64,000 nucleotides of DNA. It comes from Eutreptiella sp. 'Long Island Sound 2002' (Eukaryota; Protista; Euglenida). Below the pieces are notes generated by a model. It saw only the letters and a list, made by a program, of their open reading frames with translations. It did no database searches and was not told where the DNA came from. A program made the translations under genes and the position numbers. Every line of letters begins with the position of its first letter. Positions within the stretch are counted from its first letter, which is position 1. Shown here piece by piece: positions 1 through 13,200 of the stretch. The stretch spans positions 174,964,001 through 175,028,000 of the forward strand of contig OZ038378.1 in NCBI GenBank assembly GCA_964036045.1, in the 5' to 3' direction.

Positions 1-1065
1 TGCAGAACTGGAGGTCACCGGCTCACTGGTAGTAGTTGCCTCTGGAAACGCAGTGGTAGGTGGGCCCATACCATAGGCAGGGTAGGTAGGCATACCAGTA
101 AAGCCTATGCCCGCAGCCATAGGCGGGTTGGTTATGGGTGTGGATGTTGCAGCGGCTGGGTCTGGAGTTGGGAGTGTGGTGGTTATAGGAGAGGGTGATG
201 CGTGGAGGCCAGAAGCGCTTGGTGCGCCCTCGAAGGTAGGATCATTCGTCGGGTCGTGCCCTTGGTCTGCTCCTTCGTCTGCTATGCTTTCTCCAGCATC
301 CTTCTCTCTCTCTCTCTTTCTCTTCACAGGATGGGTGTCCACCTCCTCGACTGAGAGGGCCCGGAAGGCCGACTGAAGTCCTTCCATCGAATCCTCCGCC
401 ACGTCCACTGGCCCATGTAAGGGCTCCGAAGGTACAGCGCTAGGTCCAGGTCCAGGTTCACCAGGTGCTGGCATTGCTGGTGCCTCAGGCGCCGTCTTCA
501 CGTCGGTGTCCTCTTTCTTGGTGTCCATATTCGTTCGCCCTTCTTGCTTATATATGACTGATCTCGGCGCACTGGATGTACGGCACGGGGTTGCTGCCAG
601 TACGCAGAGACAGTCTGCCTCTTGCTACCAGAACGTTTTATAGTGATTTCAACACTGTGTGTTTGTTGTGCCTCTCCTGCTGCTTGCTGCTGGTGTAGGG
701 TTCCTGCTGCTTGTTTTTGATGAGGAAAATGTTTAATTGTTGAAATACAACCAATCCAGGATAACCCAAGCCAGAGATAAGCAAGTAGAAGAAGGTCAGG
801 ATCAAAGCATGAAGGGCTGCAGTCACAAAGAGTTAGATAAAGAAAACTATCAACAATAGACCACAGCAATTAGCATACATTGCAACTCAGGATGAAATAT
901 TTTACATGTTTGAGAAAAACTGATTGGAAAACTGCCCCAAGGGCTCACTATCATCCACAGTGCCATCTTGAGATGTGCACTCTTTGTTTTTGGGTCCCAT
1001 AGGTGCTGAGGTGGCATGGCTTGTGGCGATGAGGTCACTGCCATGTCACATGGGATATTCCTACT

Positions 1066-1152
1066 TAGCTAGGCTGACTGGGTATTGAACCCAGGACCTC
1101 TCAAAAAGAGGTGCCCCCGCCCCCCAGGGTGCATACCACTAGGATAGCTAAG
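1066..1152 (-). other. tRNA-like Pol III promoter segment (SINE/LINE 5' head), not an intact tRNA
   Basis: Minus strand reads TAGCTATCCTAGTGGTA (A-box-like) ... CTGGG-TTCAATA-CCCAG (T-arm/B-box). The anticodon region is replaced by a G-rich stretch. It lies just upstream of degenerate Pro-rich minus-strand ORFs (1044 towards 1). Confidence 0.5.
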
Positions 1153-1415
1153 AATTCATGAGAAAACATAGATAAATTCATAGGCTCTGCCTTCAGTATA
1201 TCAGTGCCTCAGCAACGCGGGAAAAGATGTTTTAGTGCCTATAGCTTGGGCATAAAGGGGTCCACACCACATCCTGATTTAGTGTTTGGTTCCATAGGTC
1301 AAAATGTGTTATCACCCCTTTTGGTTGGGCCAATACTAAGATAAAAATGCCTGAGTGCTTAGAGCACCTCTAATACAACTAAAATATACCCTAAAGCATT
1401 GGAAAGGCACTTTTT

Positions 1416-1575
1416 CTTACTCCAAATCCAATCGAAACTCCGTTGGGGAAGGGAGGTGAGGTACGGCCTTCTCCAACCGGACCCGTTGTTGCGTCGTTGC
1501 CAAATCCAATGGAAACTCACTTGGGGAAGGGAGGTGAGGCGCGGCCTTCTCCGACCGGACCCGTGGTTGCGTTTT
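1416..1575. repeat. Two-copy tandem duplication, ~78 bp unit
   Basis: CCAAATCCAATNGAAACTC..TTGGGGAAGGGAGGTGAGG..CGGCCTTCTCC.ACCGGACCCGT occurs at ~1424 and ~1500. Confidence 0.8.
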
Positions 1576-2454
1576 CGTCGCTTGATCCAGGCTTTTCACG
1601 CTCCCGTCCAACTCCCGTAGAGCGGCCTTCACATCTTTTTTCCACTTCTTCCTAAATTCCTCCACTTTTTGGATCCATGGTGAGCTGCAATTCGTCAATG
1701 GGGATCGGCGGCCACACTCCACTCACAATCACACCGGGGCCACGCTTGTCGCAAACAAACATAGCGGCCGGCACGTCCATCGCCGTGAGCTGTGAAGGGC
1801 GGTTGCACAGGTGCAAGGTGTGCAAGTGTGTGGTTGCACAACAACTTTGCGTTCACAAACACCATGGCGAAAATGAACGGATTCATGTGTGGGACTGTAA
1901 ATTGGGCATCCGATGCAGGTCCAACAAACGAATCAATGCTAAACATCACCCTAGTTGCACCACGGGCCGCTTACCCACCCGTCCTACAATCATTGACACA
2001 TGGAGTGTGTGCACGACGGCACTTGCACACCCTTGCACAGCGGTTGCACACCTTCTCAACGGGGGTGCACGTTAGCGCCATCGCATTGAGAGGACTCGGT
2101 GTTGTTGGCGGTGCATTGGAGTGTGCCACGGCGCTGACGGCTTTCGCGGTGCGCTGATTGACATTACAATAGTGCTGAATTTTGGGAATCGCAAAATGCG
2201 TATCCCCAGGCAGCCTCTTGATTGCAAAATGGAGGATTTGAATAGAAAATGTAACATTCATAGAGAAGGTGTAATTTTTCCGATCGCTAAGCGACCGAAT
2301 CTCAGAATTATGACATCGCGACTAATATGGTCTCCGATCGAGATCGATCTTCATCAGAAGCTCGATCTCTCATACAATGCAGCACTATACTTACCATACC
2401 TTGTACAAAAAGACAATTTACGGACCATCTCATCTCTGGTACAAATAGGGTGAA

Positions 2455-4260
2455 AAGCACGTAAATACAGCCTAAAACATGCTGTACATACCTTGGATGG
2501 TCATATCGTATGATCACAATATCATCAAAATCAGTTTCAAAAACTCCGATTTTTGTGCTGCCCAAGGTGAAAGACTGCATCAGCAGGTTGTGTACCGGCC
2601 CATTCATTAGGCCATTATTGGTGGAAACATTCATTTCGCGTCTTTGGTACGGGCATGGACCAGCCCTCGGCAAGGCTAGAGACTGCACAAAACGCCATTC
2701 AGTATCCTAGCAGGCACATACGGTCACAACATCACCACTCACACCCCTCAGAGCGGGTACCACGGGATCACCGGGTTCGGCAAAACCGCCAACATAGCAA
2801 AAATGGCCGAAAAGTACAAAAACTGCATAAGCGCTCGTCCCACTCCGCCCCTTACAAACCCCATGGAGTCGGGACCTGGAAACACTTTTTTGGCTCAAAA
2901 TCTAAAAAAACGAAAGGATTCATGATTTTCGACCCAAAAATAGGGGGAGGGGTTATTTGTTAACCCCCCCTCCCACCCCCCTTACCGCCCCACCCACCTT
3001 CCCTAAAACCTCAAAAAAGTGGGTTTCAAGTGGGTGGGGGTCTGAGCGTCTTGACCAAAAACTCATTTGGGGATGTGTTTTTTAGACAAAATAATGCTTC
3101 TACAAAGGGTTAAACTATCAATTCAACCTCTTAGCGTAGGGTACGTGAATGCGCCCAAAAAGGCCCAAAATGAAGGGTATGTGGTGTTTTTCCCGATATA
3201 CGCCTGCCCGGCTTTGATCCTCTGCAAAGTGATTTTATTGCCTTTGGCAAATCCACCTCGCAGAGAATCTACCCCAAAAAACCGACACACGCAAAATGGG
3301 CCGGAAACTGCATAAACACGGCCTAAAACATGCTTTACATACACACCTTGGATGGTCATTTTTTGTGGTCACGATATCAAAAAAATACGTTTCGGAAACT
3401 TCGATTTTGGGGCTGTATAGGCTGAAAAACTACACAAATAGGTTGTGTACCAATCCCTTGGGAACGCCCCCGACCCCCCGGACCCGATACCCAAATAATG
3501 TGGAAAATACACAAATGCGGCCTAAAACATGCTTCAAACGGGCTGAATGGTCATTGTGTGTGGTCACAATATCAAAAAAACAAGTTTGGGAAACTTCGAT
3601 TTTTGAGCTGCCGAGGGTAAAAACTGCAGCAGCAGGTCGTGTACCAATCCTTTTGGAACACCCCCCCCCCCCCTGTAACCAATACCCAAATAATGTGAAA
3701 AACACATAAATACGGCCGAAAACATGGTTTACATAGGTTGGATGATCATTTTGTGTGGTCACAGTATCAAAAAAATACGTTTCGAAAACTTCAATTTTTG
3801 AGCTGCCCGGGGTGAAAAACTGCATGAGCAGGTTGTGTGTATTGTTACCATTCATGTAAACTATTATTGGTAGAATCAGTCATTTGGCGTCTTTGACACG
3901 GGTTTTGACTGGCCCTCGGCAAGGCTATAGACTGCAACAAAGCGTCCTTTTGCATCCTAGTGGGTACATACTGCCACAACATCCATGCTTGCAGCCCTTA
4001 GAGCGAGTACCACGGGGCCAAAACCGCCAACATAGCAAAAATGGCCGAAAAGTGCACAAGCTGCATAAGCGCTCGTCCCACTCCGCCCCATACAAACCCC
4101 ATGGAGTCGGGACCTGGAAACACTTTTTGGCTCAAAATCAAAAAAAACCAAAACGTTCATGATTTTCGACCAGAAAAAAAGGGGGGGTCATTTTTTGACC
4201 CCCCCCCCCCAACCCCCTCCCTCAAAACCTCAAAAAAGTGGGTTTCAAGTGGGGATTCTG
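2455..4260. repeat. Composite repeat: ~195-199 bp diverged tandem units plus a ~550 bp direct duplication (2455-3035 and 3700-4255)
   Basis: The motif GCCTAAAACATG...TTGGAT(G)GTCAT..TGTGGTCAC.ATATCAAAAAAA...AGCAGGTTGTGTAC recurs at ~2463, 3314, 3513 and 3708. The block CCCTCGGCAAGGCTA.AGACTGC...AAACCTCAAAAAAGTGGGTTTCAAGTGGG is present twice. Confidence 0.8.
3052..3270 (+). repeat. Interspersed repeat module, further copies at ~6590-6790 and ~41000-41170
   Basis: Shared GACCAAAAACTCATT.GGGGATG...CAAAATAATG...TACAAAGGGTT...CCCAAAAAGG...TGATC. Confidence 0.75.
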
Positions 4261-5761
4261 GGGGGATTATATTTTCTTTTAGATGCGAAAATATTTTTTA
4301 CACGCGCTAAAAAAATAATAGAACCTCTAATAAAAAATACAAACCACCTAAAATTTAATACAAAACATCTAAATAAAAAGGTTGAAAGTCACCAAAATTT
4401 TAGATGGCTCACTAAAAAATAATCCGGTGCAAATCTATAAAAAAAAACAACGTTTCAGGAACAAACTTTGAGATCTAAGAAAAAATTACAACCTCTAAAA
4501 AAACAATCCGCATCTAAAAACAAATGGATAACGCTACCTCCACGTCCCCGCCCTGCCCTTACAGGCAACATGCAATAGAAACCACTGATTCAGACTGCTG
4601 GTTGCATCTAGGGACAACATGACGCCCAGCATGACACCACTGCCAACAAGATTGCCTGATGCCATATGCACTTTCCGAACGTGTCGTTGCAGTACACTTT
4701 AGATTACTTGAGGATGATGGATAACGCAACCCACTTGATGGCATAGGAACCTGTCACTGTGCAACTGATGCACAAGACGCCTTCGTTGCGGACAAGGGCC
4801 GGAGTGCCATGGATTTTTGGACATGACCTAAACAAATACAGAAACAGCATCCCTCCCTGTGTGCACCCTGGTCGGCCTATGTTGACCCATCATCTGAAGA
4901 CATTTGGAAAGAGCAACACTTGAGCATGCAATTATGGGCAAACTTGTGCACGGACTTAGTAGTGCTGGAATACCACCTCTCAGAGGCAAAACCACTCGTC
5001 TTTGTGAACCGAATAATAGTCTAAGCAAGGAATCTGGAACTTGGGACTAACTGGGCAGGCTGCGAAACCCGCAGAAAATGCAAGAAATTTTGTGCTGAGA
5101 TGCAGGGTTGCAAGGTGTTGATAACTATGGCTATCAAACACTGCAGCAGAGCCACGTGGGTGGCACGTGGTACTTCAGAAGAAATGAGGAGAAAAAGCTT
5201 GGCTGGATCACCCTGTGTCTGGGCATTCTGCTAGGCAGCTGAGCGTAGGGACGTTTTTGGGTCAGTAGCTTCGTGCTCAGACACCAGATACAAAGGGGCC
5301 CGTGATGCACTATCCGAACTCGCAATGCTATGAAAAGCAGTAGGAAACACATCTGTAATACAATGGGAGCGGGCTTTCCTTTGTGCCTGCCACTTGATCG
5401 TGCACTCAGAGCCCTCCAGTGCAAGCACCTTACCCCAACCCTTGAAATTGTGCCCCTAGGCTCTGGCCGAGGTGGCTGAGTACCCTACTTCGCAAAATTC
5501 AGGCATTATGTATGATCCGATAGTACTTGTGATCCTTTGCGATGAACTCTCTGCATAGGTCCCCCAGCGAAGGAAGACCCTTGTTCTCTCTGTTCTCTGA
5601 GGGTAGGGTGAGAAATAGGAAAGTAAAGTACCCTATGGTTGAGTAGCCTAAGGTAAAGTGCAGTAAACCAAACCCTTGCATCTTAATCGGCACACATGGC
5701 AACACAACGCAATGCAACGCAAAAACGGTACTACGGTTGATCATGGTACTACGTGCATTGC

Positions 5762-5830
5762 GAGTCCCTAACCCCAACTCAAGGGGCCACGCAACAAAGC
5801 GTGGACTACGAGTCCCTAACCCCAACTCTA
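5762..5830 (-). repeat. Two copies of the 41 bp minisatellite found at 10982-11146, in opposite orientation
   Basis: GAGTCCCTAACCCCAACTC(AAGGGGCCAC) is the reverse complement of GTGGCCCCTYGAGTTGGGG...GGACTC. Confidence 0.7.
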
Positions 5831-6851
5831 GGGTGTACCGCAATTCCACTCCCGGGTTTCCACACGGCCACCAAACGCAGGTGGTCATGCGGTTCCACGC
5901 TTTGCCCACACTCATTGCTGAGTGGGGCACCGCTAGCGTAGCAAGGCTAGCAGCTCCGCTTGGAGAGTAGATGGATCGGACACAATGCTCAATGTGGGTG
6001 GCAGCGTCCCGCGCCAGGGGCCCCTTGTCTGCGGGCCGATGATTGCATTTAACATGTCTGGGCAACAAACAACATTTGTATAGCGCCTCGTCTTGCTAAT
6101 CTGGCGCTCCAGAGGGGGTCTAGAGGGGTGGGCGGGGGGTTGGTGGCAAGCCTCACAGGTCAGTGTCCCTTGTGGGTGGGGAGCAATAAACCCAGAAAAA
6201 GAGTGGATGTGGTGGGAATGCGCAAAAAGGTAGAAATGGGTGAAACTGGGGTGTAAATCCAAGCTGAGGGGGGAGGGGGGGGTCAAAATCAAACTTGCTT
6301 CATCACACGTGCTGTCATGGGGTCCCCGCACACACCACGTCCCCCACAGGTGTCTAGGGAATCGCCCATAACACTTTTTTGACCACTTCTAAAATTTTCT
6401 GCGCTAAAAAAAAATACTGCGCACAGGAAAAAAAAGTCTAAGCATTTTTTTTTTAGCGCGGAATATTTTTTTTAGCGCAGAATATTTTTTTTAGTGCGGA
6501 ATATTTTTTCTTAGGTAAGAAAAAATATAACCTCTAAAAAAAATAATCCGCATCTAAAAAGAAATTCAGAACCGGGTCTGGGGGGCTCCGGACCAAAAAC
6601 TCATTGGGGGATGCGTTCATTGGACAAAATAATGATTTTACAAAGGGTTAAACTATCAATTCAACCTGTTGGGGTAGGGTACGCGAATAGGCCCAAAAAG
6701 GCCCAAAATGGGGGGGTATGTGGCGTTTTCCCCTATATATGCCTGCCTGGCTATGATCTAACAACCTCTGCGAGGTGATTTCCGGCGCCTTTGGCGGTAG
6801 AGTTCATAATGACCAATAGTGCCTGTCAATTGAGCCCTTGGGGGCGTTGTC

Positions 6852-6902
6852 GCACGGTGCGCGCACGGTGCGCGCACGGTGCGTGCACGGTGCGCGCACG
6901 GT
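6852..6902. repeat. (GCACGGTGCGC)n 11-12 bp tandem array, second copy at 7604-7642
   Basis: Tandem GCACGGTGCGC units are directly visible. Related GCAC-rich motifs occur at ~41510, 43686, 45049 and 45616. Confidence 0.85.
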
Positions 6903-7232
6903 TCAATGTTTTTGGGATGGTTGCCCAACTTGTACCCCGTTGAATGGCCCCCATAGAAACACACCCAGGGTCCTGATTTCTGCACCTTGCAGTCCATACT
7001 GGCATACCAGGATTCTTCAATTTTTAGTCTGATGCTTGTCACGGGTTCCAGGGTCCTATTTTCTGCACCCTGCAGCCCCTATTGGCGTACCGGGAATTTT
7101 TTTTTTTTGAATTTGATGCTTGTCACAGGTTCCAGGCTCCCAGTTTCTGCACCTTGCACGCACCTCCGTAACAAACCATGCACAGGCGACAACACAAGCG
7201 ACAACACTGGTTGGGTTACGGGAATTTCAATT

Positions 7233-7544
7233 TCATCCGCCACAGCATTCTGGCTCATGATCATCAATTCTAGGGGCTTCAGCTTCCACTTCAGGTAATT
7301 GGGGCTCCAGCAAAGCGTCCATCGGCGCCTCATGGTGCACAGGTTGGGGGGAATCGGGGCTCTCAGCAGTCACAATTGCAAACTCCAACCGCTCCTCGGG
7401 TGCATGCTCATACAAGACCTCTTCACCACCCAATTCGTACCGAATAGAGACGCGACTCCCACCTCTTGGAGAAGGGTCAACGACAGTGGCCGACACCCTA
7501 TCCCCGTTGGAGCGGTGGTAGTACACAGGCAGTCCGGCGACAAG
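7233..7544 (-). CDS. Short ORF or exon with a beta-barrel-like (Tudor/SH3-like) N-terminal half and an acidic tail, function unknown
   Basis: LVAGLPVYYHRSNGDRVSATVVDPSPRGGSRVSIRYELGGEEVLYEHAPEERLEF has protein-like composition and follows CCCTAG (possible acceptor). No family was confirmed. Confidence 0.3.
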   Translation of the reverse strand, partial: LVAGLPVYYHRSNGDRVSATVVDPSPRGGSRVSIRYELGGEEVLYEHAPEERLEFAIVTAESPDSPQPVHHEAPMDALLEPQLPEVEAEAPRIDDHEPECCGG

Positions 7545-10500
7545 CTAGGGCAGCTCAGATTCAGGCATTGTGGATCTGGTGGACACAGAATACGCAAAAG
7601 GATGCACGGTGCGCGCACGGTGCGTGCACGGTGCGCGCACGGTTCAGGCAACACCCCCCTTTTCCCAAACCCCCCCCCCAGATTTTCGGGGCTCTATTGC
7701 CCCCCCCCCCCCCCCCCCTCTTCACTTGAAAACCCAGTATGCCCAGTGACCATTGAACCTTTGCCCTGCACGGTAACATTCCCTCATTGGCCAACCATTT
7801 CTCTGTCCTTCTCTGTTTGCTTCTTGATATTGTCACTAGCAGCACCTATCTGCCAATATCTGTCATCCCTTTCAGTAACTGCAAATGCCCAATACCATAC
7901 TATGTTTGACGACATCCTCTTTCAGTATGGCAAGGATCTTCTTGTTGTGCAAATTTCCAACCACAAACTTCCCAAAGACATGCATTCAAAACTCCTTCTC
8001 TGTGCACCCGTGCAAAAAACAAAATAGCAGGGCAAAAAAGATGGGTGTAATAGGTTTCACAACTTGGTCAGCAAGCAGTAGCATGTTGTGGATTCAAATC
8101 ACCACTTTCATTGCCTGAACTTCCAACTTGAACTGCGCCTTGAAAAAAACCACTTTGCAATCATCCCCCCCCCAGTGGGTAAAGAGACGAGGCACACACA
8201 AATATGTGCATTCCAAAGTGCAAATCTTCAAAGACTATGTTCTCAAATTGTTCCAAACCCTTTTGAATTTGGACAATACAATGTAAACCTCAAATGACAA
8301 AAGCAAGCCATCACAAATGACATCACCAACTGTTGCCAACCTTCAACCTGTATATAACATGCCGATTCCACTGAGGGGGTTCCGGGGAAAGAACCTTGCA
8401 GATGTTTTCAGGTCAAAAAAGAAAGGTTTGCAAGAATTGGTGTGTTTGGTGTACATCGGGTACACTTCCTTCCAAGCGAGAAGAATTTTGGAATCAGAGT
8501 TGCTGGAGTGAACTGTGCAGCATGTCTCACAGCCAGCTCCAACTTCCAAAAATTGGCAACATTGCAGTGCCATATAAATGAAATATCTTTTCTGTATTAC
8601 ATGGACTTGTGCTGCAGAAGGCCAGGCACACCCTGAAGGTTACTGTCAAATGCAAATTGCTTGTCGATTACCCAGGCTCCCCCACATAGCCCTTCCCCAT
8701 GGACAGACCATGAGTACATAATCTCTGCAAACAGGGAAACGCGCATCAATTGCCCATTGCTTGATGAGAAAAGGCTTGAGAAAAGGCTGAAGACTGATAA
8801 CAGTGTGCCTTGTGTGAATGGGTTTTCATGGAAAAATAAATGTAAAACTTCAAATCCTTCCCTTGCAACCGGTGCCAAGGCAATGCCCGCAGTGAACAGG
8901 CTTTGTCCAAGGAGGCTTCTAGTACGTGGCTTCTAGGGACCATCCACTTACCCTGTGCCAAGCCTCCACCTGACCAACAGACCATCTCAGGCTTGCTGAG
9001 ATTAGCAACCGTGACGCATTGCCTGTGGCTCTGTGCACAGGATTCAAATGCCACGTTACAGCCAGTCCTCATAACAGACAATAACTGTGCAAAAGGTGAT
9101 GAAAAGGAAGCACAGGGGGCAGTGACTGATGGCAGCAGACATAATTGTAATGTTGGGGCCACTGTTGTCGCAATCTTTTAGATCTAGGGGGGGCACTTGC
9201 GCGGCGCGCTTGCATCAGATATGGTGACGATTTCACGCTGCCACTGGCGAACTGATTCAGAATCGCGACTTTCCAACTCAAGCCATGAATCTGCAACCCG
9301 CAAAAGCCACAAATTCCGAACAAATGCCAACTTTGCAGCGGAGGACTCATTGCTACAGCCGTTGTGTGCGTTCCCAACTGTGCGCGCACTGCGGACTGTG
9401 CCTCTGAGCCATGAATTCCAAGAGACTTATGACGAGACGATATGTTGGGCTGCATTCACCCAGGGGTCCTCTTTACGAACGTCTGTTCAGCTGGGTTCCG
9501 GAGGGTGTCCCTCCTGTCCTCCCCATGGGTGACGAAAAAATGGGCACCACCCCAGGTCTGCCATGTTTGGACACAGCAGCGCTTGTGCACAACATGTGCG
9601 GCCGCTAACTCCACAAATGCACCCACCTTGAAAATACAAACCATTGCTACTGGGCAAACAGCCAGAGGTGCAGACACCCTGGTACCCAATTTTGAAGATG
9701 AGCCCTGTACCTCAACCAACAAATTTAGGGTTCAGGGGGATGGTGGTCTCAGCGAGTCCTACACTCCCACAACTACTTTCGCCTGTCCGTGACTGAAATA
9801 AGGGTGGGAGCGGAGCACATTAGAGGTGGGTGGAAGACTGTGTTTCACTTGGGCACTTAGGTGCCCAGAATTAAGGTCAATTGAGACCTTGGTGTCAGAA
9901 AGTGGAGATGATCTCTCGAACTCCAGATGCATCTCATTGCAGCACATGTACAGCCAAATCCAACCGGAACATAATTGAAAAAGCATGCTCTCTAAACAAA
10001 TTTGCCAACAATTTGACAACCCTCAACTCAGTCCAACCCCTCCCACTGACCCAGGCATACCCCACCAGGTCATACACTGCCCCATTTATTCTCAGGTCCT
10101 GAATGTTGTGCATGCACATTAAACAGACTGCAACCCAGAAACCTGCAGAAGCAGGACACAAATGCAGTCAACCAACCCCTGTGCACTTGGTTGAGCTGCC
10201 CTCATGTGGCTCACCACCATACCGCAATGCACTGCCAGGGCAACCGAAGGTCACTCTGCAACTCCGCTCTTTCAGTGCGAAACAAGTCTTGTTGGCAGAT
10301 CTGGCGAGCATCACATGGGCAGCCAGCCCTTGAGGGGCAATATGCTGCTTTGACTGGAATATGAGGGTGTGTCCGCAGCCCAAGTGCACAGTACAGGGTT
10401 TTGGACTGAAACCAGGGCCAGTGGTCTCCCTTCAGAATCCCCTCAAAATCCTCTCCCTTGGAGGCTGCCGGTGTGCGTTGTTGCGATTTAGTATCCCAAA

Positions 10501-10981
10501 AGATTTGCATTGTGGTGGGCCTGGACTGTTTTGCAGTGCAGTGTGTGTGCATGCCATACCCTCTAAACTAACATGCCGAATACTCCCTCACCCAATGCAC
10601 ACGCCATGCGCGAAACATGCCAAAGAGTTCCTCGATGAAGCTTGCCAGTGCCAACCCCTCTGAAAGCGGATGGAGAAAATGTAGTGGTGCGTATCAAAAA
10701 CCTCCAGTTATTTTACCAAAAAACCCTCCATTTCCTACCTCTTTTTATCAAAAAAAAACCCACCCCATTTTTCCCAAAAAAACCCCAGGGGTTTTTGTTG
10801 GTAAGGTTTGGGGGAGATTTTTGGTAAGAATTGGGGATTTTTTGGTAAGATTTGGGGGGTTGTTTGGTAAGGTTCCAGGGGTTTTATGGAAAGAACGGGG
10901 GGGGGGGAGAACCGGGGGGGGGGGGGACCTATTTCAAACGCCGGATTTTTTGGCCACAGACTTGAAACCCACAAATTTTTG

Positions 10982-11146
10982 GTGGCCCCTTGAGTTGGGG
11001 ATAGAGACTCATGAATCCACAAAAATGTGTGGCCCCTCGAGTTGGGGATATGGACTCCCACACTTCGATGTGGCCCCTCGAGTTGGGGATATGGACTCCC
11101 ACGCTTCCGTGTGGCCCCTCGAGTTGGGAATATGGACTCCCACTCC
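10982..11146 (+). repeat. Minisatellite, 4 copies of a 41-47 bp unit
   Basis: GTGGCCCCTYGAGTTGGGRATA at 10982, 11029, 11070 and 11111. Embedded in a TTTTTGGTAAGATTTGGGG low-complexity repeat. Confidence 0.85.
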
Positions 11147-12612
11147 CATTTATCTCCACAATTGGGTCTTTGGAGGGTTTTTAGGTGTAGTGTGGGGAAT
11201 TTTTTGGTAAGATTTGGGGTGTTATTTGGTAAGTAGTGTCGGGGGGGGGGGGCTTTGGTAAGATTTGGGGTATTTTTCGGAAAGAGTTGGGGGTTCACAA
11301 TTTTTGGGGGGGGGGGGTTTGCAAGAATTGGGGGGTTTTTTGGTATCATTTGGGGACTATTTGTATTGTGGTCGCATTGTGGCTGTGCAAGGTGACCAAG
11401 TGGATGTGCATGGGGATGCTGACTGCCAAGTCAAAACCCACTGCTGTATATGCATCCGAGTTTTGTATGTACTGATAGCCCTTTACCCTGTCCTCACCCT
11501 AAGACGCGCCGACACATGCAAAGCAACTGCAACACTCAGGGAATACTCTGGGATCCGGTGTCCCACAAAAACACTTCGGCTAACATGCACGTTCTGGTCT
11601 GTCTGGGTTTGTCTAGGCCTGGTACATGGTCTGGCCCCCCCCCCTCCCCCCCCCCGTTGTAGCAAAACCTAGGTATTGCTAACCTAGGTCGGCTACATGG
11701 CCTACTGCAATATGGAGAAGGATAGTGGCCGCTCCGCTGCCAAGGATGCACCACAACCGGCTGAGGATGCAACCCCCGCTCCCGTGTTCGTCAAAATCGG
11801 GAGGGAGCAGTTTCCGGTTCCTATTGGCTATGGTGGTAGGTTGGAGTCTGTCTGACCAAGAGACATGCCATGATATGTGGAGGATTTGCAAAAATTGCAT
11901 GCGCAAAGGGATCGTGGTTTGCATGTCTGATCCGGTGAGAGCCAAAGCAGAAGCTTCTGCAGACAAGACAAAAAGAGCATGCGGTCTTTGCCTGTGTGTT
12001 TGCTGGTTGGTTGTAGCGGTCATGAGTGCACAGAGATCCGGTTCGCGACAACCCATATTTTGCCGAACAGTCGGCGATTTTGACACGTCACTATGCTTTT
12101 TTCTATTCTTTTTGGCTGCTTCAGATGCAGTGCCTATGTCATAATATAACATATTGGTGTGGTGCAGCCAAGTGAGTACGGGTGCGCTGAATGTGTGGAA
12201 AACAAGGGATCCACCGGTGTGAATACACCTACGTCCATGCAACAACAATTGCTCGATGAGTTTGATCTATGCGGCCCAGTTCTAACCAAAAAACCCCCAT
12301 TTCTTAACAAAAAAAAACTTAGGAGACCATTTCTTACCACAAAACCCCTCTGTTTTTTTTACCAAAAAAACCCCTAACCCCCCATTTCTTACAAAAAAAA
12401 ACCCATACCTTCCCAAAAAAGCTGCTGCACCCCCAACCGTGTGGGGTTTTTTGGTAAGACCTTTTGCTGGGGTGGTTTTTTGGTAACATCGGGGGGGGGG
12501 GGGGAGAAATGGTGGGATTTGCAAGTAAACTTTGTTATCTCCGGGGGGCATGAGCAACCGATACTGAGCTCGCATACACCCCCGTGACACAAGTATATGG
12601 TCGGCATACGTA

Positions 12613-13200
12613 GGGCAGTGTATCCACCAGGGTGTAGGGGTACCGGGTGGGCTTTGGGAGGGAAGTAGCCCCCCCCCCCCCCCCATTTTGGGGTCGGGAA
12701 ACACAAAAAAACTGTTTTAGAAGGGAATTGGATGGTTATTAGTGGGTATTTGCCCCTGTGAAGGGCTCGCAATGGCTAACAATAGGGTATGACATCACTA
12801 CTAGTAGAATCCTAACCAGAGTACCAAAAAGAACCACCAAATTGTAAAAATACCCCACACCACCCCTATATCTAACCAACAACATAGTACTTCGCAATTC
12901 TTAACGTATTCTTGTCCATTTCGATGTCCCTCAAAATAATATTTGGGGTGGAAAGGGCTAGTACTAGGGGTTTGGACCACAATTGTTTTAGTACTCTAGT
13001 TGGATCCTACTAGCAGTGACGTCAGACCCTATTTTAGCCACCGCGAGCCCTTCATAGGGGCAAATACCCACCAATACCCATCCAATTCACTTCTTAAACA
13101 TGTTTTTCTTTGTGTTTCCCAACCCCAAAATAGGGGGGGGGGTCCTACTTCCCTCCCAAAGCCCACCCAGTACCCCTACACCCTGGTGGATACACTGCCC
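12613..13200. mobile_element. MITE/foldback element with ~220 bp terminal inverted arms, flanked by TA
   Basis: Left TA|GGGCAGTGTATCCACCAGGGTGTAGGGGTAC.GGGTGGGCTTTGGGAGGGAAGTAG matches the reverse complement of right CTACTTCCCTCCCAAAGCCCACCCAGTACCCCTACACCCTGGTGGATACACTGCCC|TA. The arms continue inward to ~12830 and ~12975. Confidence 0.8.

Noticed and set aside
1066-1152. Functional tRNA genes here and at 40711-40858
   Set aside because: No canonical cloverleaf with a 7 nt anticodon loop and matching acceptor stem. Treated as tRNA-derived sequences.
1790-2075. Cys-rich CXC-like ORF (VCNRCARVCKC...)
   Set aside because: The Cys content is explained by TTGCAC/GTGCAA repeats forming an imperfect inverted repeat (~1801-1842 and ~2019-2052).
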